A stretch of 64,000 nt of DNA, from the NCBI GenBank assembly GCA_900318175.1, contig ONJQ01000011.1, forward strand, positions 5,373-69,372. Direction: 5' to 3'. Within the stretch, counting starts at the first letter, position 1, and each line of letters starts with the position of its first letter. Origin of the DNA: an uncultured Bacteroidales bacterium. Lineage in GTDB: Bacteria; Bacteroidota; Bacteroidia; Bacteroidales; P3. The notes below the pieces were generated by a model. The model was not told where the DNA came from. It searched no databases and worked only from the letters and a program-made list of their open reading frames with translations. The translations under genes and the position numbers were made by a program. This document shows, in pieces, positions 30,401 through 40,824 of the stretch.

Positions 30401-31181
30401 TGGCGACACCGCACTGGCGCGCCGGATGGCCCTCAACCTCCTGCAAAGCTCCCACTACGACCCCGACCATCCCGAACTGGGCCGCTACTGGGGGACCGCC
30501 GACCACAATGGCCCCCAGCTGGTCAACTACATCGCCATCCTCGAAGAGGTGCTGCACGACACCCTCAGCGCCAACCAAGTGCGGCAGCGCATCAACTACC
30601 TTGCCCCCACCACCTATTGGCCCGACATGGACCGCGCTACACTGGTGAGCCACCACCTGCTGCCCCCCGGGCTAACACCCCTCAACTCGCTCCCGCCAAC
30701 AGCCGCAGTAGGCGGGCAGCAAGCCCAACCCCTCATCACCCTCAGCCGCGAAATAGTGGACATGACCGACGCAACCGCCTCCGCCACCGTTGGCCAATTC
30801 GCCGTCCGCCTCACACTCACCCTCAGCCGCCCGATGGACCACCTGCTGCTGCGCTCGCCCTCGGCGGCATGCTTTGCGCACCACGACGACCCAGTCCTCA
30901 TCGTCACCGCCGGGGGCCATGCCGACCGCGACGTGCCGAAAACCTTTGACGCCAACCTCTCCACCGTCGACCTCCACCCCGCGGAGCCCGCCAACTGCGT
31001 GGACATCTACCTGAACCGCCTCCCCGCCGGCACCTACCTGATAGAGTACTCCGTGGGCGCAGACCGCAGCGGCCGCTTCCTGCTCCCCCCGGCCATAGTG
31101 GAATGCATAGCCGTCTGCCCCAAGGACTTGAACGACCCCCGTGTGCACGCAGCCACAAGCTCCGCGGTCATTGAGAGATAG
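27489..31181 (+). CDS. C-terminal 1230+ codons of the same alpha-2-macroglobulin/MG2-domain-like protein (no signal peptide or ATG of its own)
   Basis: LNSHIYRPSDTVRFSAMV resembles the MG2 motif (xIYRPGxTVxF). The region also has repeated Ig-like segments and a C-terminal alpha/alpha-toroid-like segment (LPSGGWPC). No CxEQ thioester motif was seen. Confidence 0.65.
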   Translation: MVSLFLNSHIYRPSDTVRFSAMVHLVGPDGNARPLANHGLQIKVVSLYPEEVLGSTSLTTDPLGWAEGLFVISHLDSRVLDNGNPILDAYIDGHFISHLCKLNIADYSLPTLSLTLQASCDTPRYARPLTIEGSIASRNGSAVAATCAAYTVRQSFGYAPWVKGVGSDHSGGSFLLLADTVAIRPDGTFTIPFTPAKHPDLPFRNGEYTQYDFEVTVTDPSGLSISESITLAVSDLAGSISILSYHDSWYDLVGGYNSNFINSLDDIFVSAESFGRTNMAVKTRVTVGLTPLCDNVMDTIIAIPDHPVALAELLPDFPLPNGCLTITVSDLKRRFHPDTLVVTHLKFDAPLPPDSLDLFASIQHNHYRVGDTLHLRVGSPHRCSAMLLIASGDSIVTLRHLRLNRGFQRLALPLSNAMAGQLAVSLVMLRNGHPFQGHASVTVTQPNPRLQIHWTNPEGFNLTPPDEGFAAQRLYAGASQRWQLRVTDTLGRPVQANLALTAFDDAIYTLADNHYLSGLFTTSLNLQQYQPSISFSYYDNQSKKVALFSPSETPIAQTPYFDFHPTTGRKWHSFGLTFVDLPQVGAFLSVGTPGVTVLHCLSASQSIKMVADLPESTPLVRTNLTPIGPWFGRISTDSQGTAAFTFPAPQRLSSWILQGVAIDSAGHTCQFGNRFITYRDVMLHPNMPPFLYPGDRTDIAVRLDRATPAAPGSEDRIRLCRGAKPQGRCTEAAPSPTDRTALFPIKAPRPLFTSRPQPLHYTFAAVNQQHDTSALLDALSATVPVLPVPRLSRGLYPLSRQDYRTLSDRFRSLFYPYNNHRPNNVDDLFDSLYCAVVFHRPNVDSLLQVLADAQLPSGGWPCIKGQKTIFNENATHHHLSVIMKLQQECPDFRLPAAFNIERTLQLADSLMFKFWRQYPHSAHEAARWLTLHRHFAQYPLSAAYHPMRDSLYANLLAKGHDMWDILLLHRCGDTALARRMALNLLQSSHYDPDHPELGRYWGTADHNGPQLVNYIAILEEVLHDTLSANQVRQRINYLAPTTYWPDMDRATLVSHHLLPPGLTPLNSLPPTAAVGGQQAQPLITLSREIVDMTDATASATVGQFAVRLTLTLSRPMDHLLLRSPSAACFAHHDDPVLIVTAGGHADRDVPKTFDANLSTVDLHPAEPANCVDIYLNRLPAGTYLIEYSVGADRSGRFLLPPAIVECIAVCPKDLNDPRVHAATSSAVIER

Positions 31182-31234
31182 CCCGCAATCCTGCTCAACG
31201 CTCTTTGTCAACACGTTACACGTTTCCAAAACGC

Positions 31235-31298
31235 CCGTTCAACGCTCGTTCAATATTCAATCAATATTGAAGGAGCGTTGAAGGAGCGTTGAAGGAGC
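31235..31298. repeat. palindrome CCGTTCAACGCTCGTTC..GAAGGAGCGTTGAA followed by tandem GAAGGAGCGTT units; relative of the 2506-2556 element; probable terminator of the upstream gene
   Basis: Read directly from the sequence. The arms are nearly identical to those at 2506-2556. Confidence 0.7.
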
Positions 31299-31462
31299 AT
31301 GGAAGAGCCGATGGATGAAGCCGCTACGATATAGCATGCCGTCGATGGACATTTTTGTGAAAAGAAAACATCTTCAACCCGTTTACGTACCCACACTTCC
31401 GTAATCGTATTTTACATGCATTTTTTCGTATTTTTAAGTCCCAAAATGTCGGAAAAAAATCG

Positions 31463-31470
31463 TATCTTTG
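31463..31470 (+). promoter_or_regulatory. -7 box TATCTTTG upstream of gyrB
   Basis: Exact TAnnTTTG match 55 nt before the gyrB ATG. Confidence 0.6.
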
Positions 31471-31518
31471 CATTTTGATTTGTAATCCTCCCGTAGGGAG
31501 GAAAAAATATGATAGTAA

Positions 31519-33480
<1,962 letters not shown>

Positions 33481-33546
33481 ACAAGCTGAAGGCCATACTT
33501 AAAAAGTAAGACTATCGGACGGTTTTTCAATTGTGAATGATTCAAG

Positions 33547-34323
33547 ATGCAAGATATATACTCATCCCAGACCTTTAAGATTCCGACGGAGGCGGCGGAC
33601 TATCCGAATGCATCAGAGTATGTCATTTCACGGATTGAAGCAATCTTGCAAGAGGCCATAGACAGCCGCCAGAACAGAATCATTATCAACACTAATCTCC
33701 GCAGAGGTATCCCTATGGAGAATGTGAACAAGATTGCAGGACCATTTGTAGAAGCATGGGCTGGAGAGTTGTTTGAACATATAGCAGACACTCCTAACAA
33801 CGGTTGGGACCTGATACACGTAGAGTCATGCAGACGTCTCGACATGGCGGACGTGATATTGCAATTCAGGCATAGTTCCTCTATGGGTGAGATGGTATCG
33901 GCCAATGTGGATGTGAAAGCCACTGCCGAAGACTTCAACAATTCTGGCAAATCACCAAACATCACCTCCTTTGAGCGGATACGAAACGCATACATCGAAG
34001 ATCCCGATTACATCTTCATCATCCTATCCCTAAAACACACAGTGTATGGGGAACGTGACAACAGAACGGGATTGTTCAACGGGGTAATGGAAATAGTCAG
34101 GTATAGTGCTTACGATTTAAAATACATATCTGAGAACGACATCAGCTACAATCCTGCACTGGGTACAGGTCAGCTTCAGATAAAAGACATACATTATGTT
34201 TCAACCACCCATCGCAACACTTGGGAGTTCTGCCAGATGATTGACAGAATGTATATTTCATCGAGCAAGCATACGGTTGAAGACTGGTTGGAATTAGCTA
34301 AAAAAAACGAATGGGTAAAATAG
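33547..34323 (+). CDS. putative type II restriction endonuclease (PD-(D/E)xK-like), partner of the adjacent methyltransferase
   Basis: 258 aa, AT-rich, and overlaps the MTase start by 13 nt. A candidate catalytic core is D..(MAD) ..NVDVK (D-x-K). No family name could be assigned. Confidence 0.55.
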   Translation: MQDIYSSQTFKIPTEAADYPNASEYVISRIEAILQEAIDSRQNRIIINTNLRRGIPMENVNKIAGPFVEAWAGELFEHIADTPNNGWDLIHVESCRRLDMADVILQFRHSSSMGEMVSANVDVKATAEDFNNSGKSPNITSFERIRNAYIEDPDYIFIILSLKHTVYGERDNRTGLFNGVMEIVRYSAYDLKYISENDISYNPALGTGQLQIKDIHYVSTTHRNTWEFCQMIDRMYISSSKHTVEDWLELAKKNEWVK

Positions 34324-35219
34324 ACATACGACAAGGCGACAGTTTGAAACTACTGAAAGACATAGCTTCAGGCTCTGTCGACTTGGTGATTGCCGACCCA
34401 CCATATAATCTGGGCAAAGAATATGGAGAGGGGAAAGACACTTTTACCCATGAAGAATATATACAGTTCTCACAACAATGGTTGTCGGAATGCAAACGCA
34501 TTCTCAAAAATACTGGAAGCCTATATGTCTTTGCTGGTTTCCGCTATATATCCTACATCTATGAGCTGCTGGAACAGCAGTATGAAATGAAGTTTGTCAA
34601 TTGGATTTGTTGGCATTATACCCAAGGCATTGGGAAAACACGAGGATTCTCACCCCGGCATGACGACATTCTGTTGTTCGCAAAAACCGACAAATACAAA
34701 TTCAACATTGACAATATCCGTGTTCCACAAAAATATTACCGCTCGGCAAACAACATGCGTGGAGCCAATCCAGGAGACGTATGGGAAATATCGCACATAC
34801 ACTACTGCCAACAAAACCGTCAGCAGCACCCCACACAAAAGCCAGAGGCCATTGTGGAAAGAATGATATTGGCCTCGACGGATACTGACGACTTAGTGGT
34901 CGACCCCTTTTGCGGTAGCGGCACTACGGCACGGGTCTGCCAGCAGACAGAAAGGAATTGCATCGGGATGGAAATCAATCCAGAGTATATAAACATGATT
35001 AACGACAGGTTGGCCTCTCCATTCCTTGGATTTGACAGTATAGACGAACGGATGTACCGTGTACCCAATGATTTAAATGACATTGCAACACGTAGACAAT
35101 ACATCGCCAACCACATAGAATGGTTCCTTCACAATCATCCCGATAAAGTCCAGCCATTCATCAATGAAGTAAGAAAAAAATATAATACACCACAACAAAG
35201 TTCATTGTTCGACAATTAA
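34311..35219 (+). CDS. beta-class DNA methyltransferase (N6-adenine or N4-cytosine)
   Basis: 302 aa. The catalytic motif IV (DLVIADPPYN) precedes the AdoMet motif I (VVDPFCGSGTTARV), which is the beta permutation. HPTQKPEAIVERMI is also typical. Confidence 0.9.
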   Translation: MGKIDIRQGDSLKLLKDIASGSVDLVIADPPYNLGKEYGEGKDTFTHEEYIQFSQQWLSECKRILKNTGSLYVFAGFRYISYIYELLEQQYEMKFVNWICWHYTQGIGKTRGFSPRHDDILLFAKTDKYKFNIDNIRVPQKYYRSANNMRGANPGDVWEISHIHYCQQNRQQHPTQKPEAIVERMILASTDTDDLVVDPFCGSGTTARVCQQTERNCIGMEINPEYINMINDRLASPFLGFDSIDERMYRVPNDLNDIATRRQYIANHIEWFLHNHPDKVQPFINEVRKKYNTPQQSSLFDN

Positions 35220-35230
35220 TCAAACACATC

Positions 35231-35980
35231 ATGGATAAACGTAACCTTCTTCTTATCAGCAACAGCACCATGCGCGGCGAGGCTTATCTCGGCTGGTGCA
35301 AGGATATGATTGCCGACTTCTGCCGTCGGCACAATGTGAAAAAAGTACTCTTTGTCCCCTACGCCGGGGTGAGCCTGGCTGAAGGCGGCTTGACGAAGAG
35401 CTACGACGCTTACGAGGCCAAGGTGGCCAAGGTCTACGCCGAGTTTGGCGTGAAGTTGACTTCCGTACACCACAAGGCGCTCCCTATCAACGCAGTGTAT
35501 GAGACTGACTGCGTGGCAGTGGGCGGTGGCAACACCTTCCATCTGGTACGCCAACTGCAGCGCACCGGCCTGATGCAAGCCATCCGCCAGCGCGCCTTCG
35601 ACGGCATGCCCTACATGGGATGGAGCGCGGGCAGCAATGTGGCCGGTCCCACCCTGTGCACCACCAACGACATGCCCATCGTGATGCCTGACTCGTTCGA
35701 CTGCATGGGTCTTGTCCCCTTCCAAATGAACCCTCACTACACCGACTTCTTTGACCCCAAACACGGCGGTGAGACACGCGACGACCGACTGAAGGAGTAC
35801 ATCATGGTCAACCCCAAAGCCACCGTTGCCGCCATACGCGAGGCCACGGCACTGCTCCTTGAAAACGGCGACCTGAAACTCATCGGCAAGCCCAACAAGA
35901 TGAAAGTGTTCAAAACAAAGATGGAGAACACCAAGGAGTATGCCCTTGAGGACAACCTCAACTTCCTGCTGAAAGCCTAA
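35231..35980 (+). CDS. pepE: dipeptidase E (peptidase S51)
   Basis: 249 aa. GGGNTFHLV and the nucleophile context [11 protein letters not shown] are typical of PepE. Confidence 0.88.
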   Translation: MDKRNLLLISNSTMRGEAYLGWCKDMIADFCRRHNVKKVLFVPYAGVSLAEGGLTKSYDAYEAKVAKVYAEFGVKLTSVHHKALPINAVYETDCVAVGGGNTFHLVRQLQRTGLMQAIRQRAFDGMPYMGWSAGSNVAGPTLCTTNDMPIVMPDSFDCMGLVPFQMNPHYTDFFDPKHGGETRDDRLKEYIMVNPKATVAAIREATALLLENGDLKLIGKPNKMKVFKTKMENTKEYALEDNLNFLLKA

Positions 35981-36015
35981 ACAAATATTCCAATAATCAA
36001 AAAACAAGACACCCA

Positions 36016-36681
36016 ATGAGCAAACAATTCAAATGCACAGTGTGCGGATACATCCACACCGGCGACCAAGCTCCTGAGCAGTGCCCCAAATGCAAAGTGC
36101 CCGCCAGCAAGTTTGTTGAAATCACTCCCGAAGGTGGCAAGCGCGAACTGAAAGGCTCTAATACCGAAAAGAACCTCCAAGAGGCCTTTGCCGGAGAGTC
36201 CATGGCACGCAACAAGTACACCTACTTCGCCTCAAAGGCCAAGAAAGAGGGATACGTGCAGATAGCAGCCCTGTTTGAGGAAACTGCCGTCAACGAGCGC
36301 GAACACGCCAAACTGTGGTTCAAATACCTGCATGGCGGCGAGGTGGGAACCACCACGCAGAACCTGAAGGATGCCGCCGACGGCGAGAACTTCGAGTGGA
36401 CGGACATGTACGCCCGCATGGCTCGCGAAGCCCGCGAGGAAGGCTTTGACCAGATTGCCGAAAAGTTCGAGATGGTCGGTGCCATTGAGAAACACCACGA
36501 GGAGCGTTACCGCAAACTGCTGCAGAACATCAACGACAAGAAGGTCTTCTCCAAGGACGGAGACGCCATCTGGCAGTGTGCCAACTGCGGCCACATCGTG
36601 GTGGGCAAACAAGCCCCTGAAGTTTGCCCTGTCTGCGACCATCCGCAAGCTTACTTCCAAGTGCTGGCAGAAAACTATTAA
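36016..36681 (+). CDS. rbr: rubrerythrin with Cys4 rubredoxin-like modules at both termini
   Basis: The N-terminal module is [12 protein letters not shown]. The diiron four-helix core contains [16 protein letters not shown] and EREHAKLW. The C-terminal module is [12 protein letters not shown]. Confidence 0.9.
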   Translation: MSKQFKCTVCGYIHTGDQAPEQCPKCKVPASKFVEITPEGGKRELKGSNTEKNLQEAFAGESMARNKYTYFASKAKKEGYVQIAALFEETAVNEREHAKLWFKYLHGGEVGTTTQNLKDAADGENFEWTDMYARMAREAREEGFDQIAEKFEMVGAIEKHHEERYRKLLQNINDKKVFSKDGDAIWQCANCGHIVVGKQAPEVCPVCDHPQAYFQVLAENY

Positions 36682-36740
36682 TGGCCGATACCCACACGAA
36701 TGGGGAGCTAACCCCAAAGCGTTATTTGACCACCACAACT

Positions 36741-36786
36741 AAAGAAAAAGGCCGTACATCCCATGACGTACGGCCTTCTTCTTTTC
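36741..36786. terminator. bidirectional intrinsic terminator between convergent rbr and elbB
   Basis: AAGGCCGTAC..GTACGGCCTT forms a 10-bp stem. It is flanked by an A-run upstream and a T-rich run downstream. Confidence 0.75.
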
Positions 36787-36816
36787 GTTAATTGAAGTGT
36801 GAAGAGCAAGGGTCCC

Positions 36817-37464
36817 TTAGCCTAAATCCTTAGCGAGGGCGGCAACCATATTCTCTGCACCAGCAAAAATCTCGCTAATGCGGGTCCCCACCATATAGGC
36901 CGGTGTAGTGTAGACGCGATGCTGACGGTCCACACACACCTCCGTAACACCGCAGTGCTGCACCTTTGCGCCCAACTGCGCAGCTACAGCTGCAGCCGCA
37001 TTCTCGCCACCAAGCGTGAGGGCTACGCCCTCGCCGCCAAGCACCTTTGCGAGCACCATCGGGGCGATGCACATCGCCAACACGGGCTTGTGGAGTTTGT
37101 ACATGTCGAGGATAGCCTTCTCCACATCGGGACGGACCGTCATTGCTGCGCCCTCCGCAGCATACGTCGACAAATTGCGAGCAGCGCCCATACCGCCTGG
37201 CAGAGCCAGAGCGTCGAAATCCGACGGGCGGAACAACGAGAGCTTTTTGATGTCGCCGCGGGCCACGCGTGCGGACTCCGTCAGCAGGTCACGCGTCTCC
37301 GACTCCGAGCCGTCGAGATGGCTCACCACGCGGAAAGAACCCTCAGGGGCAAAAAACTGGTAGCCCCAGCCACGGCGATCGATGGCCAGCAACAGCGAGA
37401 GTGTCTCCTGCAGTTCGCTGCCGTCGCGGTTGCCACAGCCAGAAAGAATAATTGCAATCTTCAT
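36817..37464 (-). CDS. elbB: DJ-1/PfpI-family isoprenoid biosynthesis glyoxalase ElbB
   Basis: 215 aa. MKIAIILSGCGNRDGSELQE..LALPGGMGAA..AMCIAP is the ElbB pattern. Confidence 0.86.
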   Translation of the reverse strand: MKIAIILSGCGNRDGSELQETLSLLLAIDRRGWGYQFFAPEGSFRVVSHLDGSESETRDLLTESARVARGDIKKLSLFRPSDFDALALPGGMGAARNLSTYAAEGAAMTVRPDVEKAILDMYKLHKPVLAMCIAPMVLAKVLGGEGVALTLGGENAAAAVAAQLGAKVQHCGVTEVCVDRQHRVYTTPAYMVGTRISEIFAGAENMVAALAKDLG

Positions 37465-37517
37465 TTTTTGTTGAAAGTGTTAAAGGGTTATCATTATTAA
37501 CTGTATGACATGCTCCA

Positions 37518-39293
37518 TCATAGGCCAATGATGGCCTCAATCTTGTCAACGTCAGTGATGTTGTAGAGACGGGTGTCCATGTTCTGCACCTCGTTGCTGT
37601 TAGCTTTCTCCATCAACTCGTTCTGTATAGAGATGAAAGACTCCAACTGGCGGCAGTAGACATACACCTCCGACGTGTGGTTGATGGCTTTGATGGTCAT
37701 GTATGCCCTCTCTAAGCGTTGGTATGCCTTGCGGATGTTGCGGTAGGGCGAGATGGCGGGGACCAGCAGATTGTCCAAACGGCGGTACTCGTTGGCCAGA
37801 CGGATGGAGTAGACGCATTTCTCAGAAGTCTCATTGAAATCGCGCAGCTCAGCTATAAAACGGCTTCCATCAACCGTGCTGATGAAGGAGGGGGTAAGAA
37901 CCATCTGCTTGCGGATGGTTTGATAGCCGTTGTACACCAGGATGTGGGTCATCCAACCCTTGCCGATGGTGTCCTTGAGGCGGTCTATCTCCTTGCGAAT
38001 CTCAATGATGGTGTCGTACTGGCGCTGGAGCATCTCGAAATTGTCCAACTCCACGCTGAAGCGCACCGCATCGTCCACAGAGCGGTAGGCGGGCTTGGGC
38101 GTTTCAGATTTAGGGTAAAGGTCGTCCACCATCCTGCTGTAAGCCTTCGACACGTCGGCATAGCGGATGGCGCAACGGGCGTTGATGCTATCGCCATGCT
38201 CGCGGATAAGAGAGAGACGGTTATAGTCGCGCAGATAGCTCTCCTGCACCTCGACAAACTCCCTCATATTTCCGATGAAGGCATCGGCATGGGGCTGCGT
38301 TGAGAAGGTGGGGAGCGTGTTGACGCTGGCAGCCACCTCCTGGTAGGTCTTCACCACCTGGCGGAAACGGGAACCATAGAGGAGGCTGATACGCTCCGAA
38401 TTGGCGGCTATTTTTTCGCGTAGATCCACCACCGTGAGATAGCACTCCTGCACGTGGACCACGCGCTGAAGGCTATCAATATAGTCATAGTAGCCGTCGA
38501 TAGTGGAGAAATTGGGGTGAGCCGAGGGACGTGCGGCAACGCGCTGGTAGGAGCGCAGCACATCGCTATGGGCATGGCCACAACGAATCCTCAGAGTGTT
38601 GTAGAAGTTCTTGATGCGGTTACGGTAACTACCTGTACCCAGCAAGTTGTTGATAAGGTGGTTCTGGAACTGGACAAAACGGTCAAGTTGCTCAATGTAG
38701 GCATCGTTGACATTATTCTTTGAGAGGTCATAACGATTGTAGACCGAAAGATAGGCATAGTAGATGTCTTTCAGTTCTTTCTTGCGGTCGACATCGCTGA
38801 TACCGAACCCCTCGCAAGCATTGACGATGGTGCGATGCAGACGGGAAATAGTATCCTTCTTTTGGTTGAAAACGGTCTGCTGGACATAGTCCTGATGGTA
38901 ATGTTCCCGTTCAATGTAGGTGTGGGCCTTGCGAAGGAAAAAGGCGGAGAGGTCATTGAGTTTCTGCCTATAGAAATTGTAGTCCTTTAGGCATGTCTTT
39001 GCGTCGACCCATACCGTGTCGCCCTGATGGCGGTAGTCATAGAGCATGACATTCTGGAATGCCAACACTCGGGCATTCAAGGAAACACAAGTATCCGTAA
39101 GCACTTGGTTGCCGCCTTGCAGACTGTCGAGATAACGGACTGCCACAGCGGTATCGTCCATGAAGCGGGAGGGCACTCCAAATGTGGGTGCAATATCCTT
39201 TACAGATAGGAAGATTGTGTCCTGTGCATGCAATGCGGGCAGCAAAAGACTGAGAATAAATAGCAGGATGAGTGGTTTCTTCATTATGGGCAA
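37518..39293 (-). CDS. hypothetical secreted protein (mostly helical, Tyr/Arg-rich), no family recognised
   Basis: 591 aa with the signal peptide MKKPLILLFILSLLLPALHAQ. An alternative start lies at 39284. Confidence 0.7.
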   Translation of the reverse strand: MPIMKKPLILLFILSLLLPALHAQDTIFLSVKDIAPTFGVPSRFMDDTAVAVRYLDSLQGGNQVLTDTCVSLNARVLAFQNVMLYDYRHQGDTVWVDAKTCLKDYNFYRQKLNDLSAFFLRKAHTYIEREHYHQDYVQQTVFNQKKDTISRLHRTIVNACEGFGISDVDRKKELKDIYYAYLSVYNRYDLSKNNVNDAYIEQLDRFVQFQNHLINNLLGTGSYRNRIKNFYNTLRIRCGHAHSDVLRSYQRVAARPSAHPNFSTIDGYYDYIDSLQRVVHVQECYLTVVDLREKIAANSERISLLYGSRFRQVVKTYQEVAASVNTLPTFSTQPHADAFIGNMREFVEVQESYLRDYNRLSLIREHGDSINARCAIRYADVSKAYSRMVDDLYPKSETPKPAYRSVDDAVRFSVELDNFEMLQRQYDTIIEIRKEIDRLKDTIGKGWMTHILVYNGYQTIRKQMVLTPSFISTVDGSRFIAELRDFNETSEKCVYSIRLANEYRRLDNLLVPAISPYRNIRKAYQRLERAYMTIKAINHTSEVYVYCRQLESFISIQNELMEKANSNEVQNMDTRLYNITDVDKIEAIIGL

Positions 39294-39305
39294 AAATAAT
39301 ATTGG

Positions 39306-40712
39306 TTATTCGCCGTAGGAACTTCCGTCAAAACAATGGGTGCAAAGGTCGCACTTGGACAGCCCAATGGCCTTGCAGACAGTGTCGAGACTGTTGAATT
39401 TGAGGGTGTCGACACCTACAGTTTTACGGATAGTCTCAACAAGATTGCGATACTGCTGTGAGGTCTCGTCACGATAGGATTCAAGGTTGCGGACCTCACC
39501 TCCCTCAAGCTCGGCAATAACACGGCGGGTGATAAGTTCGTTGTCGTTTTTGGACGTTGAGAAGTTGAGGTAATTGCAGCCATAAAGCAGTGGCGGGCAA
39601 CTGATGCGGACATGGATACGCTTGACTCCATTGGCATAGAGCATTCTTACTTGGTCCTTCAGCTGGGTGCCGCGGACAATGCTGTCGTCGCAGAATACCA
39701 CTTCTTTGCCTTCCAAAACACGGTGCGAGGGGATGAGTTTCATCTTAGCCACAAGGCTGCGTGCCTCCTGATTGACAGGCATGAAACTGCGGGACCAGGT
39801 GGGAGTGTATTTCAGGATACCACGCTTGTAGGGGATTCCCTTACCGACAGCATAGCCCAGAGCCATGCCTACACCCGAATCGGGAATACCTGAGACGAAG
39901 TCGGCCTGCACATCGTCCTGCTTGCCCATTTCCTGTCCCAAACGGAAGCGAACCTCCTCAGCGTTGATGTCCTCATACTCCACAGCGGGGAAGCCATAGT
40001 AAATCCAGAGGAAAGAGCATATCTGCATCTTCTCGCTGGGGGGAATAAGTTGCTTGATTCCCTCGGACGAGATCATGACAGCCTCGCCGGGCTTGACAAA
40101 ATATTCAGTCTGATAGCCAAGATTAACATAGCTGGATGTCTCGGAAGCGACGGCATAGTCGCTATCGCGACGACCCACCACAAGGGGTGTGCGGCCATAG
40201 CGGTCGCGAGCGGCAATGATGCCGTCATTGGTCAAGATGAGGAAGGAGACACTGCCGCGCACACTGTTGTACACGTTGTTGATGCCGTCGGCAAAGGTCT
40301 TGCCCTGAGTGAGGAGCAAGGCTATCAATTCAGAGGGATTGGTCTTACCCATGCTGAGCTCGGTGAACTGCTGATTCTTCGAAAGGCAGATTTTCTCCAA
40401 CTCGGGAATGTTGTTAATGCGCGACACAGTGCATACAGCAAAACGTCCCAGGTGTGAATTGCACACTATAGGCTGGGCATCCGTGTCGCTGATTACTCCA
40501 ATACCTTTGTTGCCGGTCATCTCGTGGATGTCGGTCGAGAACTTGGACTTGAACTGCGTGTTCTCGATGTTGTGGATGTTGAGGTGCATCACACCGTTGT
40601 CGATTGTGCTCAGGCCGGCACGACGGGTGCCAAGATGTGAATGATAATCGGTGCCGTAAAAAAGGTCAACGGCGCATGATTTGCGGGAAATCACTCCAAA
40701 AAGTCCGCTCAT
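39306..40712 (-). CDS. amidophosphoribosyltransferase-like protein (class II amidotransferase fold plus PRTase domain) lacking the N-terminal Cys nucleophile
   Basis: 468 aa. The PRTase motif is VVFCDDSIVRGTQL. The N-terminus is MSGLFGV, whereas canonical PurF begins MCG. Confidence 0.8.
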   Translation of the reverse strand: MSGLFGVISRKSCAVDLFYGTDYHSHLGTRRAGLSTIDNGVMHLNIHNIENTQFKSKFSTDIHEMTGNKGIGVISDTDAQPIVCNSHLGRFAVCTVSRINNIPELEKICLSKNQQFTELSMGKTNPSELIALLLTQGKTFADGINNVYNSVRGSVSFLILTNDGIIAARDRYGRTPLVVGRRDSDYAVASETSSYVNLGYQTEYFVKPGEAVMISSEGIKQLIPPSEKMQICSFLWIYYGFPAVEYEDINAEEVRFRLGQEMGKQDDVQADFVSGIPDSGVGMALGYAVGKGIPYKRGILKYTPTWSRSFMPVNQEARSLVAKMKLIPSHRVLEGKEVVFCDDSIVRGTQLKDQVRMLYANGVKRIHVRISCPPLLYGCNYLNFSTSKNDNELITRRVIAELEGGEVRNLESYRDETSQQYRNLVETIRKTVGVDTLKFNSLDTVCKAIGLSKCDLCTHCFDGSSYGE

Positions 40713-40824
40713 GATGAAAAATGATTACAAAATATATATATTAAAACAAAAATAAAATTATGTGTGGCAGCAAGTTACAAAGAACATGATGTCACAAACA
40801 CAAGAGCAAAATTACACTTTTTTT

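Noticed and set aside
36016-36681. Rubrerythrin with an extra N-terminal rubredoxin-like Cys4 module as a novelty.
   Set aside because: Rubrerythrin variants with additional or permuted rubredoxin modules are well known in anaerobes, so this is noted in the feature table only.
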